The position numbers and the translations under genes are program-made. Below the pieces are notes generated by a model, which was not told where the DNA came from, searched no databases, and was given only the letters and a program-made list of their open reading frames with translations. DNA of 64,000 nt from Psilocybe cubensis (Eukaryota), in NCBI GenBank assembly GCA_017499595.2, contig CM039005.1:1116001-1180000 (forward strand), in the 5' to 3' direction. Positions within the stretch are counted from its first letter, which is position 1, and every line of letters starts with the position of its first letter. Shown here one piece after another: positions 55,045 through 64,000 of this stretch.

Positions 55045-55272
55045 TTGTATAATAAATCTAACAATCCACTCCCATTTAATCGATGTTTATTTTGTCACCA
55101 TGCATTCCTTTCATTGATTCTTGATGCCCTGGAGGTCATTGATGCTTGATATGCTGCGAGTTGTTGCAAGCTGATACTTAACTAGGAGGTTCTACTTGCA
55201 CGGCTGTCGTGACTGAATATTCGGCGTATTGGTTCTCAGTCAAGACTTATAAGATAATGAACAGGATAAAAG

Positions 55273-56476
55273 TCACCTTTCGCTCATTGTCACTCTACTG
55301 TATTGCGATGATTGCTGCGAAGACCTTGATGACGTCGGCCTCGCAGGCCATCGTTCTGAGTAATCGATTATAGCCGGGTTTAAATTGTGAGCGCCGAACA
55401 CCTCAAAGTCGGAGTATCGATGTAAGGTTGTCATAGAGCCAGGGCTACACAATAAGAGGCTCGTCCTGTATTCAAGATCTACACATACCTATCAACTTGA
55501 TCATACTGCGAAATAGCATGGAAAATTCTCTGTGGAGGAGGCGAAAGTCCCCCAGGCTGCTCAAAATGTTCCGACTCTGGCCTGTATTCGTGACTCTGCA
55601 CGCTGCCAGCCGCCGAAATGCGTCTAATAGCAAGCAAGATAGTAAAGCATGTTGTCAACATCTTCCATGGATTATACAGTTTAAAACTAACCTTTGAGCA
55701 GCTCTATTACCTACATTAAGATGAGATTCCGATACAAATGTTCTTGATTCTCTGTTTTGAGAATCTCGTTCAACTTGGTGATACCATGAGGGTTGAATCC
55801 GTCTAAGCTCAGATTAGTCAGGAAAACAATATGTATAAGATTAAGGCTAGCCTTTGTAACATAAAACTTTGGCTAGCGTTGTCGACTGGTGTCTGGGTTG
55901 TAGCATACTGTGCTGTCAGGTCCTGGAGACCGACCACACTACAGATACTCGTAAGCCAGTTACCGGTTCAATTACCTCCATATCTCATACCTTCCGGTGA
56001 CAAATAAATCATTTTCCCCCTCAGAATGACCTGTTTCGTCTGCGTTGGTGTCACGATTGGCCAGAGATACTTCCTAGCAACTAATCAGTATAAAAAGACA
56101 TGATAATCAAAAACAATACTTGCATTAAAGTGGCTGTCAAGCTCTTCTAATTCCCGTTCGATCTTGAGGATTTCTTCTGCACTTACAGGTTTTTTCGTGA
56201 AGAGGCGAAAAATACTTTCCAACTTTGCAGTTAATTTATCAACTTGGCGCTCACGTCTAGATGAAAAGTCCCAATTTAGATGGTTCCATAGTAGAATATA
56301 AGGCCTTACAGTGTGAGGCTATCGAGTAAATCCTTTCGATCGGACTCTGGAATATCCGCTGCCTTTATCACTTTACGCTTTGCGGAAATTTGTTGCTTAT
56401 ATCCGCGTAGTTTCGCGAGCTTTTGCTTTCGCGTTTGTAGGAGCTGTTCTTCACGATCTTGTAGGTTGGACATCAT
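55273..56476 (-). CDS. Unknown protein B2, paralog of B1
   Basis: MMSNLQDREEQLLQTRKQ...SLTL|RERQVDKLTAKL...DSHFN|EVSLANRD...FVTG|...|RIQPSWYH...|...GGLSPPPQRIFHAISQYDQVD|...NER-stop. The second intron has a GC donor (gcaagt at 56123). Confidence 0.68.
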
Positions 56477-58756
56477 ATCGGAAATGAAATTAGGTTGCGA
56501 TTGGAGTTGAATAGAACGCGGCTTTCGAATGCCAGTATTATTCGCCAAAGACAGGTTTTTATAACAAAACCAGGGTGTCTAACATGGCAAGAGTAAGAAG
56601 CCATAACCAAGCGACTCACACGGCTCGACCAAAGATGTGGCTCAGCCCAAGGCGAGGCACGACTCTGTGGAGACATATTTGATTGCTTTCCCGGAAGCAG
56701 AACCGCATCCACATATTATTCGCCATAAAACAATGGGCGAGACAACCCTAACCACAGCGTCGTGGGTTCAGAATATGACCTGTAGCTCCATTCGACCACG
56801 ATTGACATAAAAAGACAGCGATCAGGAAGATCAGATGGTATATGATACGACGCCGCTGATGGATGGATCAAGGCAGGAATGCACGAGGTGGAACGCAACA
56901 ATGGGAATCTGTGAGTAAAGTTGTGCCACTGAGAAAGATCCCCGAGGTTAAGCGCCCGTTTGAGTAATATCCCCCCCTGTTTTTGCGAAAGTAGTCGGCT
57001 GATTTGTGAGGTGTTACCATTGTGAAGCCATCTTTGAACAGACAAATCACAAGTAGAACGGAGAAGATCGAATCAGAAATACTGCCGTCGTTTGTCAGAC
57101 CTACTGTTCTTCGGCTCAAAAAAGGTCCATAAAGTGGATGCTGTTTCCCAGAAGGGCCACCCGCCTCGTGGAACGCAAACGCATCGTGGCTAGACTGTGT
57201 GTAAACGAATATAGACACTTGTTGAAGCGAGTGGCACTTTACTGAATGCAGAGCAAGAACAGATCGTGGATAAAACGAAGCTAAGCAATTTGTCCAAGAT
57301 GACTCGACGCATCTGACTCGACGCAGCTCGACGCGATGTAAGAGTCGATTTACGGCCGTCCGAATCACACGGTGAAGGGCAGAGAATGGATGGTCTATCC
57401 CAATCATGTCCTATCGCAAAAAAATGCCGATGATCAGGGTCAATAGTCAAGTTTTCTAGGGGTCTGAATGGAGTCCGCGGAAGACACAGAACAGATGTTC
57501 GAACAGGTACACCCAGACACACACAGCCTGAGCGAAATATGGTTTTCCACGATGGACCGTGGTACAATTGTATGCAGTGTGCCACAGAATCCCAGTGCAG
57601 TGTGGAGCAGCACATGATAGTAGAGGCCCGTCGGAGTACATCAGAAAAAAAACAATCCTTTTCGTCGGGAGACTGTCTTTCACATATAGGCAATTCCAGA
57701 TGAGCGATGGCTGCATGCACGAAGAAGGAAAAGGTAAAGCGCGTCCAAGGTGGGAAACGACTTGGAAACATGTGAATTGCTGACTAATGGGGTCATTTTT
57801 TGTTCACACGTGCGCTTGGTTTGGACTCTGAAGCCTTCAGCCAGCCGCAGTGTCCCCTCAAGAATTCAATTTCAAAAGTCGTTCAAAAAGACTCGAGCAA
57901 GAAAATGAAAAGGGTAAAATATCATGTTGCTATGCTAAAACAATTGGACTCGCAAGGTGAAAAAGGAACGAAGCTTGGGAACGAGAATGCCATTTACCAC
58001 GGGTAATTGAAAAGTTGAAGCACATTCCAATGAAGATTTTGTCGGCCGTTCAAAACGTATGAATGCAAAAAAAAAAAAACGATCGCATTATTACGTTACA
58101 ACAGGTAGAGAAACCCGGTATAGTGATAGTGATACAACAAATACCGTAAGACAACCAACAACACAGAGATATAGATAGAGAGTGTGCCGAGATTTCGGAG
58201 AGGAAAAGAGACTGTACAAGGAAAGGAAGATCAAGAAGATGCAGTTAAGCATTGAATATGGAGCCGCAGACCTAGCAGTAGCGGTACCAGAGGATTGTGC
58301 AAGTCCAAGGCAGAGGGAGCGAGAGAGTAAGGTTCGAATGACCAAAGAAATTGTTCAGAGCAGAGATGAGACAGTAAAAAAGAGAAAAAGCGACTGGGAC
58401 AGAGTTCGACAGCGGAATTAATAGAGTTACAAAGGGCTATAATGCAAAGTGCAAAATGCGAAGTGTGATGTGATCTAGACAAAAAAAAGAGGAGGAGAAT
58501 TATACGAAAGCGATGTGAGCGTGGTGAATATATACACAGAGATAATAAAAATACAACAGGACGAAAATGGAAGAAGAGAAAATGAAGAGGAGTAAAAACC
58601 GTGCTGTCGTTCGTGGATAATCTTGAGTCTTGACAAAAGATAAAACAATCGCATTATGCGATTGGCTTGGGAGTCGTATTTTTCGTGTCGATAATCGTTT
58701 GAGCGAAGGCGAGACAGAATCGTAAAATTTATGATGGGGGCGCAAAATCTCAAAAT

Positions 58757-60013
58757 TTAAGCGCGGGGAGCCGCACGTCTCCAAGAGTTGGCAGAGGCAG
58801 CATTTTGAGCCGGAGCAGCAGAAAACTTCCTGCCGCCGACTGGGGCGCGGTACTTGGGTACCTGGCTAGTAGCCTTCGCTTTGTTCTGGTTCTGGCCGGC
58901 AGCAGCAGCAGACGTCGCGCCGAGCATGACACCGCCAGTGAGGACGGTGCTGACGCCACCCTGGTAGAGGTACTTGGTGACGTCCTTCTTGTTGCTGTCG
59001 ACGAAAACTTGAGGAGCCGGCGCAGCAGCGGCGGCGGCAGCGCGTTTGTGGCGCGGAACGAAGATAGGTGCGCGCTGGCTAGAGGGTGCGAGAGCTGGAG
59101 CGGAAACGGGGGAAGCAGCTGGCAAAGGCGAAGTCGAAGTAAGAGAAGGCTTTGTGGAAGCCAAGAAATCGAAGGAGGATGCAGAGCATGCAGAGCTAAC
59201 GCTGCTCTCGTCGTCAGACGAGAAAGAGAAGGTCGAAAAAGTGGACGAGCGGGAGCTCGGCCTGGAGCAGTAGCTGGAGAAGTCCGAATCTGGCGAAGAG
59301 GCCAGCTCGGGGGACGAAAGCGGGGACGGGAAAGTGGTCATGTTGGAAATGGGCATGATAAGTTTGGGCGGCTCGATGATGAAGCGCTCGGTCGTGGGTG
59401 TGGGTGTCGTGATCGCGCAGTTGGAGATCATAGCGAGGATTTCGTCTGCTTCTCTGTCTTCGCACTCGGATTGGAGCAGCTGCTGGGCGAGAGTGCGGGT
59501 CTTGGCGCGTGCGACGGCCGAGTCGACGGTGGCGCGGAGCGCGCTCTGCATCGCAGATTGTTGCTGGTGCTGCTGGCCGAGCTTGCTGATGGGGACCTGG
59601 GGCTCGTCGATGTGGAGGCGAGCAATGCGGGTCGGGCGAGCGGGGACAGGTGCAACCTCGGACCAAACGACAATAGTCTGTGGGTACGCGCCGTGGTACA
59701 CGACCTTGACGCTTTGGGCCTCAATGACGAGGTCGAAGTCGCGTCCGCCCAAGAGTTGCATCCACTCGATCCAGTATACACCGGAGGTGAAGCAAGCAGC
59801 CAAAATAGGGCGAGGGGGGAGTGACTTGGCAGACAACTTGAGTGTGAATGCTGCGTGAAGTTTGGGATCGAAGCAGGACCCAAGAGTGGCTCGGAGGACC
59901 GTTTGGATACCAGAGACCAAAGCAGGCGATTGGGTGAGAATCAAGGGCCTGGTGAGGAAAGCAATAGCTTGCTCAATGTTGGCAGAGACGGCGATAGATT
60001 GAGTAGAAGACAT
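58757..60013 (-). CDS. Single-exon 418-aa protein with BTG/Tob-like N-terminal domain, Ser-rich middle and C-terminal YLYQGGVSTVLTGGVMLG motif
   Basis: Long uninterrupted ORF with GC-rich coding-like composition. IEQAIAFLTRPL...LPPRPILAACFTSGVYWIEWMQLLGGRDFDLVIEAQSVKV resembles the BTG/Tob helix and Box B layout. Confidence 0.8.
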   Translation of the reverse strand: MSSTQSIAVSANIEQAIAFLTRPLILTQSPALVSGIQTVLRATLGSCFDPKLHAAFTLKLSAKSLPPRPILAACFTSGVYWIEWMQLLGGRDFDLVIEAQSVKVVYHGAYPQTIVVWSEVAPVPARPTRIARLHIDEPQVPISKLGQQHQQQSAMQSALRATVDSAVARAKTRTLAQQLLQSECEDREADEILAMISNCAITTPTPTTERFIIEPPKLIMPISNMTTFPSPLSSPELASSPDSDFSSYCSRPSSRSSTFSTFSFSSDDESSVSSACSASSFDFLASTKPSLTSTSPLPAASPVSAPALAPSSQRAPIFVPRHKRAAAAAAAPAPQVFVDSNKKDVTKYLYQGGVSTVLTGGVMLGATSAAAAGQNQNKAKATSQVPKYRAPVGGRKFSAAPAQNAASANSWRRAAPRA

Positions 60014-60332
60014 TTTAGTCGTTAAATGGAGAAGAGTTCGTGAGACTTGAGAAACAAATTATCGACCGGCGATGAGAACGTTTGAATGCAGTAACTGAAG
60101 ATGGGCGTATGAATCTAGAGTCTCGAAAGTGATAATGAAATGATCTAAAAAAGATAAAAGTTTAAATGCCTTGTACCAGCTAATAAACAGGTAAATGAAC
60201 ACACCTCCTGAGATATCGTGAAAAGAGGCGAGCAGAAAATAGTAGTCCAACGAAGCGGTTGAGATGAGATGAGCGGCTTGAGTTATTCAGGAGAGAACCT
60301 GTTGAGGGATAGAACGCCGAAACCCAGCTTCA

Positions 60333-60561
60333 TATTTATACATTGCTACGACTGAGGTCCCATTCTTTGTGGTCGGCCTTTGGAAGAGCATTGTCAAGCG
60401 GGCCATTGTCTGTTCATTGTTCAGAACAGTGGCTATAGACTCCGAGTGATGGGAGGTTTGATGGCGCTCCGGTGACAGGCCACAGTCACGTGACTCAACT
60501 TATTGTGTGCAGACTTTGCACTATCGTCGGTGGCCAAATTGACAACGGCCACAACCATTGT
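60333..60561 (-). promoter_or_regulatory. Promoter of the BTG-like gene: TATA box, E-box palindrome and clustered CATTGT sites
   Basis: TATAAATA on the minus strand (60340-60333). AGTCACGTGACT palindrome at 60484-60495. CATTGT at 60389, 60404, 60415 and 60556. Confidence 0.5.
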
Positions 60562-62378
60562 GAGGTGTCTGAAGGCCTGAGGGTATATATTTTCGAGCGC
60601 TACGATCATTACCTAACTACGCATTAATACAACTTCAATTTATCACCCTAACAGGGCCGCAATGCCCGTTCACATAGTATCGTACTGAGTAGCAGCTAAA
60701 CATAAGGAGAATACCAGCATGATATGCGCCCATTACTCAACCATCCTTTATTAAATATTCAAAACACACATCCTGCAGCGCGCACAGTTTAAAATATCAT
60801 CGCGCCCTGTTCAATTTCAACCACTGCCGATCGATCAACGGTCAAGCGCAACGTTTCAGCCGTGCTTGCGAGTTGCAGTAAAGGCTTTTGGCAAAAGAGC
60901 TCTAAGCTCTGATATAATAACAACCGCAGCTCATACTTCTACTGATCGCCTAGTAATGCTCATTTCAGTCGGTGGCACGACGCGTGTATGCCTGAAAATA
61001 CACCTCAGATGATGGTGTAACTGAGGGCTTCCCTCTTCTCATCAAAAAACCAACGAGGTCAGATGCAACGAGCCACCATTGCGTAGCAAAACCAAAGGAG
61101 TTAAGGTAGCAAAAAAGAGCTATCTCATCGGAGGAGTGGGCAATGGGCAAGACACATCAGCCTATCAGTTTATCCTAGTCGTTCTTCTCCCGCCCCTATC
61201 CCCTATCCTCTGATAAGGCAAAGGCAACTAACACCCAAATTGTCAGTCGGAGTGTATACAGGGGGAAAACATAGGGGAAATAGATCCATCATGCACCACG
61301 GTCTCATGCAAACGAACACCCGTATACCTCATTTCCCCGCTCCCGTCGCCGCTGATGCTGACTGAAAGCAGCTGAAGCAGGTGCGAAACGCGAACCCACT
61401 CCACAGAAAAAGAACATTCCCAGACCCCTCCGCAATTTGAAATAAAGGACGAACAAACAGCATGAACACACCCCAAACAAGCGTTGAGAAAGGCGGCAGA
61501 AGCAGCCAGCAGCAGCATTAGCACAGACGACAGACGACTTGGACTTTTGATATTGGACACAAGGTCGTCTTCTCCCGTCTTCCAGAATCACCAAGTAGCA
61601 CGGCGGCCGCCTGCGGACGGAACGCGTCAACACAAAGGCAGGCCAACGACAATTTGCAGAAGCATCCCATGCAACTGACAAAAACCAGCAAGTAATGTCT
61701 TAAAGCGCTTCTCAGAGCCTAGCGGAAGACATATTAGATGCATAAATGAAATCCATTGACAGCAGGGCATCGCAACCGAAAGTCTTTTAAATTGCGACAA
61801 TCCACAATCTGTCCATCGTCTTAAAATTCGAATCGCAGAACACCCCAGACTTCGAGATCGCAAGGTGGAGATAGAACGCTCGTAAGATATGGACGGGTCG
61901 GCCATGGCCAAGCATGAGTTTATAGTTTACTCCAAGGTGTTCCTCGGGGTCGTGAAATCGAACCTTGAGAGACGAGGTCGAGATATATTTAGGTGTGGAT
62001 GGCAGAGAGAAGTCTTCCGGAATACGGAGGCCACATGTGATATCATGATTTATCCAAAGGGATTTTCATTGGCATTGCAGATCCTAAACTGGTTGCGAAA
62101 TAATACATTTGAGTAAAAAAAAAACATTAACTTTTGAGCTGCAAGAAAAGTTTAGGAAAACCATGAAAGAGAGGTTGGGTAAATGTTACAACCCGTTTTG
62201 CGTGTACTGCACCTGGGCCTATGGTGCCATTTGCGAATCTAGTGGTGTAGGCGTGTGTAAGACGCGGAGACCCAATTTTTTTCTATCGTAATCCTTTCAA
62301 GGCCATATTTGAACGTGTTCGCGTAGCCCATATGGTATCAATGTCGTGGGTTGAGAGACTGAATGAGGCTAATGAGGT

Positions 62379-62804
62379 CTAATAGTTTGATTTGTCCTTC
62401 GACCGCTCCATAGCTGTCGATAGTCCTTTTAGCCATCGCTTCCCCGACCGAAAGAGAAAAGTGTGGACGTACGATTGTAGTGGAGCAACTTCTCGATCAA
62501 GTCGACATGCGTGAGTACCATTCGTCTACAGCAGTACCGTTTAAGCTGCAGTTCGTCGAGTGCGTCTCTACAATTGAAAAGCAAAGCGAGATAACGATAA
62601 GACGACGTAAACGAGCCAACGAGACGGAGAGGACTTGCCCTTCACTCATATCCCTAGCCAGTAACTCCAAGTAGGCATTCCACTTGTCACCAATGACCTT
62701 TCCGCAGGAGAAGCATCGAACAGGGATGATCTACAAGGGCGAAATTGACGGAGAGAGCTGAGAACAGGCGCGCAAAGAAAGAGAGACTGTGCAGAGCTTA
62801 CCAT
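62379..62804 (-). CDS. RPB10: RNA polymerase I/II/III shared subunit RPABC5 (Rpb10), 74 aa, 4 exons
   Basis: Exons 62804-62802 (ATG only), 62730-62639, 62567-62473 and 62413-62379 give [74 protein letters not shown], with the RCxxCG and RYCCRRM Zn-binding motifs. Confidence 0.97.
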
Positions 62805-63751
62805 TTTCGTGGTGGTTGGGAGGAGAGAATGATGGTGATTAGTCAGCGGTGAGGTGGTCCGGAACCAATCATGATGAAGGAATGTTTTGATCTCCGTTTT
62901 GTTTTTTGCCGGGTGATGTTCTCACGATATTCTTCTAGATCGCCGGGTCGGGCGCCCATGTTGGACACTTGGTTTGTTGTCTGGACCAGATCGAAGGCAG
63001 AAGGAACCCTCAATTTCATCTTACGGCTGAAGCGAAGATTCAAAAACAACGTTGTCTGTTTCCCTGAGATTCGAAGCCAATCCGTTGGTTTGGTGTTCTC
63101 AGGCGGGGCTCCGAGGTCATCGATGGCAGTTTACTGCTCAAGCCATCCTTTGCCAAGGAGCGTTAAACCTCAAAAATTTAAGCTGGGCAGAGAGTCCCCA
63201 AGCACCAACAACTACATTCAGATACTGTAGTTTATGTCTAGTCCGCTGAGGACCTTGGAAGGGCACAGTGTCTTGAACAAATATGCTGCATGAGAAACTA
63301 TCACACCGAATCAGCAGAATATGTCGCGGTTCGCCGACTTGTTGCCGGAAATGTTGCTGAGAATGCCATGAACGACCCAGTGGACCTACAAACGTTGTGC
63401 ATTTCCATATCGGTCGTGCCGAATGGACAGTTGCATGTGGACGTGTGGGTAGGCGAAACATACGGGGAAATGACGCTGTATGAAGACTTAAAAACACCCA
63501 TCGAGCTCCCATTCCGAAGACAGCGAAAGTGGTAGGAGGTCGATTGGAAATTGGGCACGATGGTTCGGGCCTAGGATGAGTCCTTGACTGGCGAAGCAAC
63601 CCTAGTCTTGTTATGGAACTAAATAAAAACTCCGCTCCATCAAAATTAGCTCCGTTTCCGACCTTGTACACGTTCCTCCAAACATATAAATACAACTCTT
63701 GCTCACCCTATCTTATTCTTTCTTTGTTTGGCATCCTACCTCCTCACAATT

Positions 63752-64000
63752 ATGCTCCGCTCACCAACCCGTACTTCATTCTCCCCGCCCCCGTCTCCCA
63801 CTTCGCCCTCTAAAAAGTCCAGGCTAGGCATGGCTGGTGTCGCAAATCTCTTCATTCGCATCAAGCGCCTCGAAGAAAGCGCCCTCGGGAGACACATCAC
63901 CGTAATTTCATCCGGCGAGCCAAAGACACAGCCGTCCATGACAGATGCCTGCATAGGCCACGACAAGCTCCCAGTGGAATACGTCGACCACTTTGTCTGT
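63752..64000 (+). CDS. 5' end of a gene of unknown function, truncated by the window edge
   Basis: TATAAATA at about 63685 and a pyrimidine-rich leader, then an open frame MLRSPTRTSFSPPPSPTSPSKKSRLGMAGVANLFIRIKRLEE... to the end of the window. Confidence 0.5.
   Translation, partial: MLRSPTRTSFSPPPSPTSPSKKSRLGMAGVANLFIRIKRLEESALGRHITVISSGEPKTQPSMTDACIGHDKLPVEYVDHFVC

Larger units (their letters stand above)
45190..57830. repeat. Tandem segmental duplication, unit about 4.5 kb: R-K1-[TE]-K2-B1-R-K3-B2-R
   Basis: Non-coding block R recurs at about 45190-45900, 52700-53400 and 57130-57830 (shared ggatg.tgtttcccagaagggcca and tttacggccgtccgaatcacacggt). The kinase promoter block ttcccacgaacattaggctgaagg occurs at about 46000, 48930 and 53495. 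The kinase gene is present three times and gene B twice. Confidence 0.92.

Noticed and set aside
58805-59883. 339-aa, 174-aa and 150-aa ORFs overlapping the 418-aa gene
   Set aside because: Antisense or alternate-frame shadows of a GC-rich coding sequence.
62871-63535. ORFs divergent from RPB10 (119 aa and 81 aa)
   Set aside because: Could not build a spliced model or recognise any motif. Left uncalled.

Overview
Eukaryotic, intron-rich DNA from a fungus. Gene families and intron size point to an agaric basidiomycete; this is inferred and the species is not determined. Left to right: a near-perfect 666-bp CACTG foldback element; a ~13-kb microsatellite-saturated island holding a head-to-head pair of sugar-acid dehydrogenases (a KduD/IdnO-like SDR with a 4.1-kb intron and a Zn-dependent polyol/idonate-type dehydrogenase); a block of ordinary genes (secreted S41 peptidase, tRNA-dihydrouridine synthase, F-box protein, Rud3/GMAP-210-like golgin, cytochrome P450, P450 pseudogene, WW-like membrane protein); a ~12.6-kb tandem array of three AgaK1-like kinases interleaved with two copies of an unrecognised, fast-diverging helical protein, plus nested non-autonomous DNA transposons; a BTG/Tob-like gene; RPB10, which the ORF track misses; and the start of a gene that runs off the window. 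The best candidate for an undescribed system is the kinase + helical-partner tandem cassette. All gene models were spliced by hand from GT/GC-AG signals and frame continuity, and no database search was run.
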